Positions 8,835-19,641 of a stretch of DNA of 64,000 nucleotides are shown here, piece by piece. Each line of letters opens with the position of its first letter. Within the stretch, counting starts at the first letter, position 1. A model generated the notes under the pieces. It was given only the letters and a program-made list of their open reading frames with translations. It ran no database searches and had not been told where the DNA came from. Origin of the DNA: Candidatus Latescibacterota bacterium (GTDB lineage Bacteria; Latescibacterota; UBA2968; GCA-2709665); contig CBDCOX010000002.1 in the NCBI GenBank assembly GCA_965219995.1, positions 4,352,001 through 4,416,000 on the forward strand. The letters are read 5' to 3'. The translations under genes were made by a program, and so were the position numbers.

Positions 8835-10691
8835 ATGAGAGTCAACCCGCTGTCCCTGAGAGTCGCGCCTTGCAGCCTTTTGGTTCTGTTTCTGCTCACG
8901 GGATGTTCGACGACCGGACAAGTCGCGACGATGCCCGAAGCCGAAACGCCGACTCTGACCGAGAAGGCGCCGGAAGCCGCTGAGGATTCCAAGGCAGCCG
9001 GGAAGCAACGCCCCCGTCAGGATGGCAAGCGGATTCAGCGGGCCGCGGAGGCACTCCGGAAGGCCCTCCGCGACGAAACGGCGTTATCCGTGGAACGCCT
9101 GTGCATTCTGCTCACCGATTCCACGATAACCCGAACCCTGACGCATGAGCGCCACCTCGAATTGCTTCGCACGGCGTTCGAGCGCTATCGGGAAATGACC
9201 CCGCCATCCGCGCTACTGCGGCCAAACTCCGTCATGGCGCGGCTGCTCGACGCCATTCCGGACAGCCTCCGTTCGCACTTGCGCGAAGACGTTCATTTCA
9301 GGGAACTCTATGTCCGCAAGCTGGCAGGTTCCGCCGATGTTCCGGTCGACTACAATTCCGAGGTCGTCAAGACGATCCGTTATTTCCAGACCACCGCCCG
9401 GAAGGCATTCAAGACATGGCTCTCGCGTTCACCGCTCTATGTCCCGATGATTCGGGAAGCGCTGCGTGACGCGGGTCTTCCGGAGGATCTGGTTTATAAG
9501 GCCATGATCGAGAGCGGCTTCAACCCCAGAGCCTATTCACGTGCAAGGGCGGTTGGCATCTGGCAGTTCGTTTGGGGCACGGCCCGGCTTTACGGTCTCA
9601 AGAACGACGGCTTTATCGATGAACGGCGGGATCCGGAAAAGTCGACGCGTGCCGCAATCCGGCATATCCGCCACCTCTACGGGCTTTTTGGCGACTGGCG
9701 TCTTGTCATTGCCGCGTACAACTGCGGGCAGGGCCGTCTCCAACGCATTATTCAGCGTTCGCGAACGGACGATTTCTGGAGACTGAGGGGCTTGCCCAGG
9801 GAAACGCGGAGACACGTCCCAAGATTCATGGCGGCGCTCATCATCTCCAAAGATCCCGAGTGGTTCGGGTTTGACGACGTGGTGTATCGGACACCTGAGA
9901 AATACGACTCGGTACCGGTGATGGAGTGTGTCGACCTTCGTGTGGCCGCCGAATGCGCGGGTACGTCCTACACACGCCTGCGAGTCCTGAATCCGGAACT
10001 CTATTCCGGATATACGCCGCCGGGCAGGCGGAGGCCCTATTATCTCAGAATTCCGGCGGGCGCGGCCGACAGATTCAGAGCCAACTACGCGCGCATTCCT
10101 GCCACACGGAAACCTGGAATGGTCGAATACACGATGCGTTACGGCGATACCGTTTCCGGAATTGCCCGCCGGTTCCGTACTTCAACCAAAGCTGTGCTCG
10201 CGGCGAACAACATATCGAATCCAAGGCGGATTCGCGCGGGCACAAGGCTGAAGATTCCCATCTTTCCGAAGGGCCGACCCACGCGGGCAGCGAGAACGCC
10301 TGCGCGCGTGGCGTCGCCCGACCCGGACACGCACCGGAAAGTCGCGCATCGTGTAAAGAAGGGGGACACCCTGTGGGGAATCGGACGCCGGTACGGCGTC
10401 ACGCCGAATCAGATCCGCGCGTGGAATACCCTCAGGAGGCATATTGCGCCAGGCGACCGTCTGGTCATCTGGAGGCCGGAAGCGAATCGGGTGGCTCTGG
10501 CCAATCCTCCGGACCCGCGACACGGCGAATTCTATATCGTCCGATCGGGCGATACGCTCTGGGACATCGCGCGCAGTTTCAGAGTCCGGGTCAACGACCT
10601 CAAGAAATGGAACCGAATCCGGAAACCCGCCAGTTTGCGGGTGGGTGCCCGGCTACTCATACGACCATCCGGATCCCGGGCGGTCGACTGA
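8835..10691 (+). CDS. mltD: MltD-like lytic transglycosylase lipoprotein with three LysM domains
   Basis: Lipobox LTGC, catalytic IESGFNP, GIWQF, AAYNCG; LysM starts GDTVSGIA, GDTLWGIG, GDTLWDIA. Confidence 0.9.
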   Translation: MRVNPLSLRVAPCSLLVLFLLTGCSTTGQVATMPEAETPTLTEKAPEAAEDSKAAGKQRPRQDGKRIQRAAEALRKALRDETALSVERLCILLTDSTITRTLTHERHLELLRTAFERYREMTPPSALLRPNSVMARLLDAIPDSLRSHLREDVHFRELYVRKLAGSADVPVDYNSEVVKTIRYFQTTARKAFKTWLSRSPLYVPMIREALRDAGLPEDLVYKAMIESGFNPRAYSRARAVGIWQFVWGTARLYGLKNDGFIDERRDPEKSTRAAIRHIRHLYGLFGDWRLVIAAYNCGQGRLQRIIQRSRTDDFWRLRGLPRETRRHVPRFMAALIISKDPEWFGFDDVVYRTPEKYDSVPVMECVDLRVAAECAGTSYTRLRVLNPELYSGYTPPGRRRPYYLRIPAGAADRFRANYARIPATRKPGMVEYTMRYGDTVSGIARRFRTSTKAVLAANNISNPRRIRAGTRLKIPIFPKGRPTRAARTPARVASPDPDTHRKVAHRVKKGDTLWGIGRRYGVTPNQIRAWNTLRRHIAPGDRLVIWRPEANRVALANPPDPRHGEFYIVRSGDTLWDIARSFRVRVNDLKKWNRIRKPASLRVGARLLIRPSGSRAVD

Positions 10692-10743
10692 GTCAACCGG
10701 CAGAACAAAGAGGGAGGGCTCGTCCACGCCCCAACTGTCGCTC

Positions 10744-11253
10744 CTGAGAGTCCTTCGAGACCTTGTGCTGATCGCCCTGGCGCTGCTGGTTCAGACCTCC
10801 TGGGCGCATTCGGTCCGAATTCTGGACGTCGGCCCGGATCTTGTAATCATCGTGCTGGTATACCTGGGCATAAACGGGGGGCAGATTGAAGGCACGTTGT
10901 ACGGATTCGCATCCGGCTTCCTGCTGGATGTGTACAGTCCCGAGACGATGGGCATCAACGCGCTTGCAAACAGCGTGGTTGGATTCTCCGTCGGTCATTT
11001 CCGATCGGGCGTCGCTATCGAAGATTTCCGCGTGCAGGCCTTGCTGCTGTTCCTGGCGGTTCTGCTGCACGATCTGATCTATTTTGTTTTTGCGAACATT
11101 CTCTCGAATCCGGATGCGATTCCGGCATTGATCGTCCGGTTCGGGATCGGGACGGCATTATACACCGCGGTCGTTGGAGTCGGCATTTCGCTGGTATTGT
11201 CCATTCGCTTCAACAAAGGGATTTACCTCGATGCACGACGACTTTATGGATAA
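10744..11253 (+). CDS. mreD: Rod shape-determining protein MreD (start uncertain)
   Basis: GPDLV, GFLLDV and GINAL motifs; directly before mrdA. No in-frame ATG nearby (CTG 10744 or GTG 10765). Confidence 0.85.
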   Translation: MRVLRDLVLIALALLVQTSWAHSVRILDVGPDLVIIVLVYLGINGGQIEGTLYGFASGFLLDVYSPETMGINALANSVVGFSVGHFRSGVAIEDFRVQALLLFLAVLLHDLIYFVFANILSNPDAIPALIVRFGIGTALYTAVVGVGISLVLSIRFNKGIYLDARRLYG

Positions 11254-13123
11254 CGGCTTTCGGAAGAACCGGGCACGATGGATGATGTCGGTGGTGATCG
11301 TTCTGTTCGCCGTTCTGTTTGTCGGCGTGTTCCGGCTGCAGATTACAGACAGCGAACGCTACAGCATCCAGTCCAAGAAGAACACGATGCAGGTGGTGCC
11401 CATCGAAGCCGGCCGGGGCCTGATTACGGATCGCAACGGTGTCGTCCTCGTAGACAATCGGCCTTCGTACACCGTTTCCGTGCTTCCGCAACGACTGCGT
11501 GGAAACACCGATCCGACGGTTCGGGGGCGCGTGGTCAACCGGCTCAGTCAGGTCGCGGGCCTGCCGGTACAGCGCATCAACCGAAAACTCGAGGACCGAA
11601 ACCGCCGTTTCCACGAGCCGGTAAGACTGATACGAGACGTTGGATTCAACATCGTGTCCGTCGTGGAAGAAGAACGCCACGATCTGCCGGGTGTGGAAAT
11701 ACAGTTCGAGGCCCGCAGAGGATATCTCAGCCTCAGCGACGGCCTCCCTCTTGCGCCACATATCGTCGGATATGTCGGATTGATCGACTCTGAGACCTAC
11801 AAGCGTAAGCGGGAGATGGGTTACCGTCTGGACGATCAGATCGGCAAGCGGGGGATTGAGCGCTTGTGCGAGTCTGTTCTGAGGGGCCGGGAAGGTATGA
11901 AATTCATCGAGGTCGATGCCTTCGGCAGAGAGGTGGGCAGCTTTCCCGAAAAGACAACCATGCCCCTACAGGGTAACGACGTCCGGCTGACCCTGGACTG
12001 GCGATTGCAGCAGTCTGCGGAACTTGCGTTTGCCGATTCGCTGAGAGGCAGCCTGGTGGCGATGAATCCGAACAACGGAGAGATCCTCGCCATGGTCAGC
12101 AAACCCGGATTCCATCCGCAATCGATCCGCGACCTGCGCCAATGGCGAGCCCTGCAGGCCGACAAGTCAAACCCCCTGCTGAACCGGAGCACAAAGGGCG
12201 AATACCCCCCTGCCTCGGTCTTCAAGATGGTTACGGCGATTGCGGGTCTTGAAACGGGCCTGATCGACTCGGAAACAGCGCGATTCCGGCCCTGTACGGG
12301 CAGCATGAAGTTCGGAGACAGGGTATTCCGCTGCCACAAGGCCACAGGGTGTGGACGGCTGTCGCTGCGTGGCGCGCTCATTCGCTCCTGCGACGTCTAC
12401 TTTTACCAGTTGGGGCGCAAGGTGGGGATTACCAACTGGAATCGTTACACCAGAATGCTCGGATTCGGTCAGCCCACTGGAATCGACATCGCTGCCGGCG
12501 GCGATGGCGAGGCTGCCGGACTCGTCACCGACCGTTCGTACTACAAAGCACGTTATGGACACTGGGCGGAAGGGTACATGCTGAATCTCACAATCGGCCA
12601 GGGCGAGACCTCCGTGACCCCCGTACAGATTGCCCGGTACATCAGCGCGCTGGCTGTCGGCAAACTGCCGCGACCCCGCGTCCTGAAGAGTACGGCCCCC
12701 GAGTTCACGCCGGTTCAGATTTCCGCACAGACCCTGAAGACCATACGAAGCATCATGCTGGACGTGGTCGAGGATCCGCACGGCACAGGAAAACGCGCGA
12801 GGGTGGAAGGGGTACGGGTGGCGGGTAAGACCGGTACGGCACAGAATCCTCACGGTGAAGATCACGCCTGGTTCACCGCCCTTGCGCCGGCGCACCATCC
12901 TGAAATCGTGGTCGCCGTTGTGGTCGAAAACGCGGGCCATGGCGGCGCGGTTGCCGCTCCGATCGCGGGGCGGGTTCTGGAAACGTACTTCGACCTGACG
13001 CGGCCGGAACGGAAGACCGATATGATCGTCGCCACGCGCGTCGACAACGAACAATCGCCTGAAGCGAACGACTCCGATCCGGCGCCGGCGGGGAGCACGA
13101 CGCCCGCGGTCGTCTTGAGATAG
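11231..13123 (+). CDS. mrdA: Penicillin-binding protein 2
   Basis: RGLITDRNG; active-site SVFK, SCD and KTGT motifs. Confidence 0.93.
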   Translation: MHDDFMDNGFRKNRARWMMSVVIVLFAVLFVGVFRLQITDSERYSIQSKKNTMQVVPIEAGRGLITDRNGVVLVDNRPSYTVSVLPQRLRGNTDPTVRGRVVNRLSQVAGLPVQRINRKLEDRNRRFHEPVRLIRDVGFNIVSVVEEERHDLPGVEIQFEARRGYLSLSDGLPLAPHIVGYVGLIDSETYKRKREMGYRLDDQIGKRGIERLCESVLRGREGMKFIEVDAFGREVGSFPEKTTMPLQGNDVRLTLDWRLQQSAELAFADSLRGSLVAMNPNNGEILAMVSKPGFHPQSIRDLRQWRALQADKSNPLLNRSTKGEYPPASVFKMVTAIAGLETGLIDSETARFRPCTGSMKFGDRVFRCHKATGCGRLSLRGALIRSCDVYFYQLGRKVGITNWNRYTRMLGFGQPTGIDIAAGGDGEAAGLVTDRSYYKARYGHWAEGYMLNLTIGQGETSVTPVQIARYISALAVGKLPRPRVLKSTAPEFTPVQISAQTLKTIRSIMLDVVEDPHGTGKRARVEGVRVAGKTGTAQNPHGEDHAWFTALAPAHHPEIVVAVVVENAGHGGAVAAPIAGRVLETYFDLTRPERKTDMIVATRVDNEQSPEANDSDPAPAGSTTPAVVLR

Positions 13124-13186
13124 CCGGCGCGCAATTCATAAGTTCAGACCGGCATTACCCGTATTGAGTGAAACAGGAATCTACGC

Positions 13187-14407
13187 GTGGTCCTCTCCAG
13201 TTTCTTCAAAAAGGAACTCGATCTGCCGCTGCTGCTTTCGGTTGTTCTTGCCACGCTGTTCGGCATTGGTGCAATTTACAGCGCCACGTACAGCTGGGAA
13301 CACGGCGCGGCCGGCAGGACCTACGAAAGGCAGATCATCTGGAGCGCGGTTGCCGTTGCCGCCCTGCTGCTCACCCTGTTCGTCCCGCCCAAGATTTATT
13401 ATGCCTTTGCGTACATTCTCTATGGCATCTCAATCTGTCTGCTGGTACTGGTTCTACTGTTTGGGGATCAACGCTGGTTCGATCTGGGCCCGTTTTATAT
13501 GCAGCCGTCGGAACTGGCGAAAATAGCAACCATTTTTGCCCTGGCAAGGTACCTCTCAACTCGCAACCTGGACCTGGACCGGCCCCGCTCACTGGTCACA
13601 CCATTTCTTCTGGTCCTGCTTCCGGCGGTTCTGGTAATCAAGCAGCCCGACCTGGGCACCGCGCTGGTGTTCATCTCCGTACTCCTGCCCATGTTCTACT
13701 GGGCCGGCATGAGGCCGATCGTGCTGTTTTTTCTGATTTCCCCATTCCTGAGCGTGATCTGCGCCTTCCACTACGTCGCGCTTGTTGTCCTGGTTCTGAC
13801 GATTGCGGGCGTTGTATTCCTGGTCCGTCCGGGCCGGTTGATGGTTGGCGCTATCGTCGTGGTCAATCTCGCGGTCGCGGTCGGCGCGCCATTTCTCTGG
13901 GAGAACAAGCTGCACGACTATCAGCGCCGGCGGATTCTGACCTTTTTGAATCCGGACCTGGACAAACTGGGCGCGGGCTACCAGGTCATGCAATCCAAGG
14001 TGGCGATCGGCTCGGGCGGCCTCAATGGCAAAGGATACCTGCAGGGTACCCAGACCAAACTCTCCTTCCTTCCCGAACAACACACCGACTTTGTATTTTC
14101 CGTAATCGGCGAGGAGTTCGGATTCGCCGGCGCGACGATCGTACTCGCCATGTTTCTCCTGATCATCTGGCGCGCCATCCATATCGCGGGCCTTGTCAAG
14201 AGCCGTTTTTCAAGTCTCGTCGCCATTGGTCTGGCCGCCATGCTGACCTTTCATGTCTTTGTCAATATAGGCATGACCGTCGGCGTGGTGCCGGTTACCG
14301 GTCTGCCGCTGCCGTATTTCAGCTACGGCGGCTCTCACCTCGTTGTCAATCTGATCCTGGCCGGACTGCTGCTCAACATCTATGCCTACAGGCACGAATA
14401 TCAATAG
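13187..14407 (+). CDS. rodA: SEDS glycosyltransferase RodA
   Basis: QPSELAK, QPDLGT, PEQHTDF and SYGGS motifs. Confidence 0.95.
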   Translation: MVLSSFFKKELDLPLLLSVVLATLFGIGAIYSATYSWEHGAAGRTYERQIIWSAVAVAALLLTLFVPPKIYYAFAYILYGISICLLVLVLLFGDQRWFDLGPFYMQPSELAKIATIFALARYLSTRNLDLDRPRSLVTPFLLVLLPAVLVIKQPDLGTALVFISVLLPMFYWAGMRPIVLFFLISPFLSVICAFHYVALVVLVLTIAGVVFLVRPGRLMVGAIVVVNLAVAVGAPFLWENKLHDYQRRRILTFLNPDLDKLGAGYQVMQSKVAIGSGGLNGKGYLQGTQTKLSFLPEQHTDFVFSVIGEEFGFAGATIVLAMFLLIIWRAIHIAGLVKSRFSSLVAIGLAAMLTFHVFVNIGMTVGVVPVTGLPLPYFSYGGSHLVVNLILAGLLLNIYAYRHEYQ

Positions 14408-14557
14408 AAGGTGCCTGACATTTCTGTCTTCCACGAGAAGAGGCGACCAAACGGTCGCCTCTTTCGTTGTCGCTCGACAGGCGCGCGCCCGCGCCGAAAA
14501 ATGTGAGCAGGTTGCCCGAAATGCCGGACGGCATGGGCACGGTGATCCTTCGCGGGT

Positions 14558-17500
14558 TCAGGACTTCCGGGATACCCAGGCGCGGCGTTCACCCAGAAAC
14601 GCGCCAATTTCCGAAAACAGCGCGTCCGACGGCGACACGGTAAGCGCCCGGGATCGAATGACCCTTGTTTCTCCGTTGCCCAGTTCAAGGTGCAGAAACA
14701 CCCTGCACGCGCCCCGGTGACCCTCCAGCATCGCTTTCAGCTGCGCCAGCGGCTCCGGGTCCAGCATCTCGGCTGGAAGTTTTACGTTCAGCGTGTCCGC
14801 AAGCGTCTCCCTTGCGTGCTCCATCGCCAGAACCTCCTCTACGACCAGCGACTGGCGACCATTGCGTCCGGAAAGCCTGCCCTGGACCACGACCATCGCG
14901 TCGGCTACAAACGCAGCCTTGACTTTTTCAAATGCATCGGGAAACACCACCAGATCCATGGCGCCTTCGAGATCCTCAATGGTGCCGAACGCCATCGGCC
15001 GTCCGGTTCGGTCGGTGTGCGACCTCGTTTCGGAAATCAGCCCCCCGAGTTTCACATCCGCGCCTTCAGGCAATTTTCCGGCATCCTGTGACGAACGGAT
15101 GCCCAGCGTTGCCAGGTCCGTGCGGTACCTCTCCAGCGGATGCCCGGATAGATAGAATCCAAGCATGTCTTTTTCGTGAGCAAGCCTCTCGGGTTCCGTC
15201 CACTCCGGCTGATCGGGAAGCACATGGTTGTTGATCACCGCCGTCTGGTCCGCGAGGCCTTCCATATCGAAGAGCGAAATCTGCCGTCGCTGCCGCGCTG
15301 CGTGCGCGGACTGGCCCGCGTCCAGAGCCCGGTCGAGACCCTCCAGGAGTTGCGCCCGATGCCCTGAAAGACAATCCATCGCTCCGGCGCATATGAGGCT
15401 CTCGATGGCGCGGCGGTTTACCGCGCGCAGGTCCACGCGTTCACAGAACTCGAACAGGGAATGAAACGGTCCGTCGGTTTCCCGCGCGCTCACAATGGCC
15501 TCGACCGCACCCCGGCCCACGTTTCGCACCGCCGCCATCCCCATCCGAATCGCCGTTTCTGAAGCAACAAAGTCCACGTGGGAGGTGTTCACATCCGGCG
15601 GCAGGACCTCCAGCTTCATCCGCCGGCACTCTTCAATCACGACCACCATTCGTTCGATGTTGCCAATCTCTCCGTTCAGGCTGGCAGCCATGTATTCCTG
15701 AGGATAGTTCGCCTTGAGGTAGGCGTTCCGGTACGCCACAATCGCATATGCCGCGGCGTGTGCTTTGGGAAAGGCGTACCCGGCGAACACTTCGATATTG
15801 GCGAAGATCTTCTGCGCCAGTTTCCCGTCCACCCCGTTCGAATCGCACCCCCCGACAAACGCGTCTTTCTGTCGCGCCATCTCCTCGGGTTTCTTCTTGC
15901 CCATCGCATCGCGCAGGATATCGGCCTGCCCGAGACTGAACCCGGCCAGGACCTGCACGCTCTGCATCACCTGTTCCTGGTAGACCATGATGCCATAGGT
16001 TTCTTTCAGGATGGGTTCCAGCTTCGGATGGTCGTAGGCCACCTCCTGCTGCCCGTGCTTGCGCGCGATGAAGTTCGGAATATGTTGCATCGGCCCGGGG
16101 CGATAGAGCGCGTTCATGGCGATGATGTCATCGATACAGTCGGGCCTCAGCTGCACGAGGTATTCCCGCATTCCCGGGCTTTCGAACTGAAACACGCCCA
16201 CGGTATCGCCGCGACCGAACAGGTCCAGGGTCTTTCTGTCGTCTTCAGGAATTCTCGTAAGGTCGAATTGCGGCTCTTTCGTCCGGATCAGGTCCACGGT
16301 CTCGTCGGCAAGCGAAAGCTCTTTCAGGCCCAGAAAATCCATCTTCAGAAGGCCGATATCCTCGCAGGTTGGTCCGTCGAACTGGGTGGTCACCTTTCCG
16401 TCCCTGGGGGACTTGTAAAGCGGCACGAAATTCGTCAGATCGTCTGGTGCGATAATTACCGCCGCCGCGTGTACGGAAGCGTGCCGCGCCAGTCCCTCCA
16501 GCGCCCGCGCGTGCCGGATCAACTGCGCTTCGCCGCCGCCGCCGTCGGCCATTTCCTTCAGCTCCGGCACCTGTTCTATCGCCTTGTCCAGTGTCATTTT
16601 CAAATCGTTGGGAACCAGCTTGGCGATACGATCGACCTCGCCAAACGGCATGTCGTGAACGCGGCCCACGTCGCGGATTGCCGCCTTCGCCTTCAATGTG
16701 CCGAATGTGATAATCTGGCAGACGTTGTTCTCGCCGTATTTTTCGGACACGTACCTGATCACCTGGTCGCGTTTCTTGTCGGAGAAATCGATATCGATGT
16801 CCGGCAGACTCAGGCGCTTCGGGTTCAGGAACCGTTCGAACAGCAGGTTGTATTTCATCGGATCCAGGTCGGTTATGCGCAGTGAATACGCCACGAGGCT
16901 ACCGGCGCAGGAACCCCGCCCGGGCCCCACCGAGATTCCGTGTTCCTTCGCGTATTTGACATAGTCCCATACGATCAGGAAGTATCCGGCCAGGCCCATT
17001 TCCACGATCAGGTCCAGTTCGAATTCCAGGCGGTTCCGGAACTCCTGCGGCACGGAATCGAACCGCCTGTGCAGGCCCTGCCGAGCCAGATGTTTGAGGT
17101 ATTCATCCGCCGTGGGGAATTCCGCGGGCAGCGGGAATTCCGGTGCGAGGTAATTCCCGAACGCGAATTCCACATTGCACTTCTCCGCGATCTCGAGCGT
17201 CCGTTCGATCGCATGCGGCAGGTCGGAAAACAGGGAGTGCATCTCGTCCGCTGTCTTGAAATAGACGTTTGTCGGATAACACATCCTTCCGGGGTCCTTC
17301 AGCGTCTTGCCGGTCTGCAGCGCCACGAGTACGGCGTGGGCCTCATGATCGTCGGCTCCCAGAAAGTGGGAGTCGTTCGTCGCCACCAGCGGAACCCCCA
17401 TTTCCGAGTGAATCCGGATCAGCCCTTCGTTTATACGGGGCTCCCTGTCGATGCCGTGCCGCTGAATCTCCAGGTAGTAATCTTCGCCGAAGATGTCCAG

Positions 17501-17992
17501 GTATTCTTCCACCGCGGCCATGGCGGCAGGTACGCCTTCACGCTCGATCAGATGAGGCACCTCGCCGCTCACGCATCCGGAGAGGCAGACCAGGCCCTCC
17601 GAGTGTTCCCTCAACAGGTCCTTGTCGATCCTCGGATGATAGTAGAACCCTTCCATGTAACCGGCGGAGACCAGCTTGACGAGGTTGGCATACCCGCGCG
17701 CGTTCTTCGCCAGCAGCACCAGGTGGTTCGAACCGCTGGGGACGCCCCGTGCAGGTTTTTTCTCCAACCTGCTTTCGATCGCGCAATAGACCTCGCATCC
17801 GATAATCGGCTTCACGTCCACCGCTTTCATGGCGCGATAGAAGTCCACGGCGCCGAAGAGATTGCCGTGGTCGGTAATGGCCGCAGCGGGCATCCCGTAT
17901 TCGGCGGTCCTTGCGGCGAGACTGTCAATCTTGCAGGCGCCGTCCAGAAGGCTGTACATGCTGTGGCTATGGAGGTGCACGAATTCGGCCAT
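14558..17992 (-). CDS. dnaE: DNA polymerase III alpha subunit
   Basis: PHP HLHSHSMYSLLDG, GRGSCAGS, PDIDIDF, KMDFLGL, C-terminal OB fold; no intein-sized insertion. Confidence 0.97.
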   Translation of the reverse strand: MAEFVHLHSHSMYSLLDGACKIDSLAARTAEYGMPAAAITDHGNLFGAVDFYRAMKAVDVKPIIGCEVYCAIESRLEKKPARGVPSGSNHLVLLAKNARGYANLVKLVSAGYMEGFYYHPRIDKDLLREHSEGLVCLSGCVSGEVPHLIEREGVPAAMAAVEEYLDIFGEDYYLEIQRHGIDREPRINEGLIRIHSEMGVPLVATNDSHFLGADDHEAHAVLVALQTGKTLKDPGRMCYPTNVYFKTADEMHSLFSDLPHAIERTLEIAEKCNVEFAFGNYLAPEFPLPAEFPTADEYLKHLARQGLHRRFDSVPQEFRNRLEFELDLIVEMGLAGYFLIVWDYVKYAKEHGISVGPGRGSCAGSLVAYSLRITDLDPMKYNLLFERFLNPKRLSLPDIDIDFSDKKRDQVIRYVSEKYGENNVCQIITFGTLKAKAAIRDVGRVHDMPFGEVDRIAKLVPNDLKMTLDKAIEQVPELKEMADGGGGEAQLIRHARALEGLARHASVHAAAVIIAPDDLTNFVPLYKSPRDGKVTTQFDGPTCEDIGLLKMDFLGLKELSLADETVDLIRTKEPQFDLTRIPEDDRKTLDLFGRGDTVGVFQFESPGMREYLVQLRPDCIDDIIAMNALYRPGPMQHIPNFIARKHGQQEVAYDHPKLEPILKETYGIMVYQEQVMQSVQVLAGFSLGQADILRDAMGKKKPEEMARQKDAFVGGCDSNGVDGKLAQKIFANIEVFAGYAFPKAHAAAYAIVAYRNAYLKANYPQEYMAASLNGEIGNIERMVVVIEECRRMKLEVLPPDVNTSHVDFVASETAIRMGMAAVRNVGRGAVEAIVSARETDGPFHSLFEFCERVDLRAVNRRAIESLICAGAMDCLSGHRAQLLEGLDRALDAGQSAHAARQRRQISLFDMEGLADQTAVINNHVLPDQPEWTEPERLAHEKDMLGFYLSGHPLERYRTDLATLGIRSSQDAGKLPEGADVKLGGLISETRSHTDRTGRPMAFGTIEDLEGAMDLVVFPDAFEKVKAAFVADAMVVVQGRLSGRNGRQSLVVEEVLAMEHARETLADTLNVKLPAEMLDPEPLAQLKAMLEGHRGACRVFLHLELGNGETRVIRSRALTVSPSDALFSEIGAFLGERRAWVSRKS

Positions 17993-18145
17993 GGAGGGAC
18001 GCTCCGAATGGGTTGTTCGAAAGAGGCTTGACAAGGAAAGAAATGCGCCGCCTGGGGAAAGCGGAGAACATCCGGGGGATACCGGAAATCAGGATCGCGC
18101 GGGCGTCGTTGACGCGGCCGGCACGGATTTTCCGGCAACGGAACT

Positions 18146-18174
18146 ATCTTACTTCCGGCCCGACCAAAAGTCAA
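18146..18174 (-). promoter_or_regulatory. Sigma-70 promoter for dnaE
   Basis: TTGACT-17 bp-TAAGAT. Confidence 0.6.
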
Positions 18175-18245
18175 GCAGCAGATTGACAGGACACCAGACG
18201 GCCTGCAGCCCGGAGGGAGCGGACACGCAGAAAAAGCGTTTTCCG

Positions 18246-18274
18246 TTGAACTCCTGGCGCGTTTGGGTTATTTT
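18246..18274 (+). promoter_or_regulatory. Sigma-70 promoter for aroA
   Basis: TTGAAC-17 bp-TATTTT. Confidence 0.45.
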
Positions 18275-18333
18275 ATCCGGATTCCGGGAGTGGACGCGAC
18301 GACGACCGCCGCGGATAGAGGCGCCAGCTATCT

Positions 18334-19620
18334 ATGTCCGATACCCTTGAAATCCAACCGCTCCTCCGTCCAGTCGACGCAGACGTGACGGTCCCCGGCT
18401 CCAAGTCCTACACCAACCGGGCGCTGTTAATCGCGGCGCTGGCCAATGGGCGGAGCCGCCTTTCGGGCGCCCTGAAGAGCGACGACACCAGGTATATGGG
18501 CGACGCGCTGTCCGCCCTCGGCGTCGACGTCCGGGTCGAAGCCGACGACACATTCATTGTCGAGGGCACTGACGGACGCATTCCCGCCTCGAACGCGACA
18601 CTCTTCGTTGGAAACTCCGGAACCACCATACGTTTTCTCACGGCCTGCCTCGCACTGGGTAGCGGCACCTATACGCTTGACGGCGGGTCTCGCATGAGAG
18701 AGCGGCCCATCCAGGACCTGATCGACGGTCTCCGTCCCCTCGGGGTACACGCGCGGAGCCTCTCGGGCAACGGATGTCCTCCGGTGGTCGTCGAAGGTTC
18801 AGGCCTCGAGGGCGGGTGCACACGGATGCCGGGAGACCGGAGCAGCCAGTATCTTTCCGCCCTTCTCATGGTCGCGCCGTATGCGCGGAAGGACGTTGAG
18901 ATCCGAGTTACCGGGAACCTCGTATCCAGGCCCTACATCGACATGACCGTTCGCATCATGGGGGACTTCGGCGTCAGCGTCGTCGCGGAACACGAAAACG
19001 TCTTTCACGTGGAAGCGGGACAGCGATACGAAGCCGCTGAATACGCCATCGAACCGGACGCCTCCAACGCGTCCTATTTCTTCGCCGCGGCTGCGCTGAC
19101 AGGCGGCCGGATCAGGGTCCGCAACCTTTCCTCTCAGTCCGCACAGGGTGACCTGGGATTCGTGGACGTTCTGGGTCGTATGGGCTGCACGGTCAGCAGC
19201 CGTCAGGACGGCGTCGAAGTCCACGGCCCCGAGCGGCTTTCCGGCATCGACGTCGACATGAACGCGATGCCCGACGTGGTTCAGACCCTTTGCGCGCTGG
19301 CTCCCTTCGCCTCCGGGCCTGTAACCGTGCGCAACATCGCCAACCTGCGCATCAAGGAGACCGACCGCATCGCAGCCGTCACGGCTGAACTGACAAGACT
19401 GGGGGTTCGCGCAATCTCCCGGTCCGACTCGCTGACGGTCTATCCCGCCGAGCGCATCCGCCCGGCCGCACTCGACACGTACGACGACCACCGCATGGCC
19501 ATGAGCATGGCGTTGATCGGTCTGAAAGCGCCGGGTATCGCGATTCGGGACCCCGGCTGCGTCGAAAAGTCCTTTCCGGCGTACTTTCAATGTCTGGACG
19601 CGCTCAGGCAATCGCACTGA
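18334..19620 (+). CDS. aroA: 3-phosphoshikimate 1-carboxyvinyltransferase
   Basis: PGSKS, GNSGT, SSQY, RIKETDR and DDHRMAM motifs. Confidence 0.97.
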   Translation: MSDTLEIQPLLRPVDADVTVPGSKSYTNRALLIAALANGRSRLSGALKSDDTRYMGDALSALGVDVRVEADDTFIVEGTDGRIPASNATLFVGNSGTTIRFLTACLALGSGTYTLDGGSRMRERPIQDLIDGLRPLGVHARSLSGNGCPPVVVEGSGLEGGCTRMPGDRSSQYLSALLMVAPYARKDVEIRVTGNLVSRPYIDMTVRIMGDFGVSVVAEHENVFHVEAGQRYEAAEYAIEPDASNASYFFAAAALTGGRIRVRNLSSQSAQGDLGFVDVLGRMGCTVSSRQDGVEVHGPERLSGIDVDMNAMPDVVQTLCALAPFASGPVTVRNIANLRIKETDRIAAVTAELTRLGVRAISRSDSLTVYPAERIRPAALDTYDDHRMAMSMALIGLKAPGIAIRDPGCVEKSFPAYFQCLDALRQSH

Positions 19621-19641
19621 AGCACAGACCCTCCTGTTCTC

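Noticed and set aside
10736-10747. TGT-CGC-TCC-TGA (CxxU-like) at the end of ORF 9926-10747
   Set aside because: The frame overlaps mltD and mreD, meets another TGA seven codons later, and shows no family similarity.
14558-17992. Intein in dnaE
   Set aside because: Length is typical and no splice-junction or LAGLIDADG motifs are seen.
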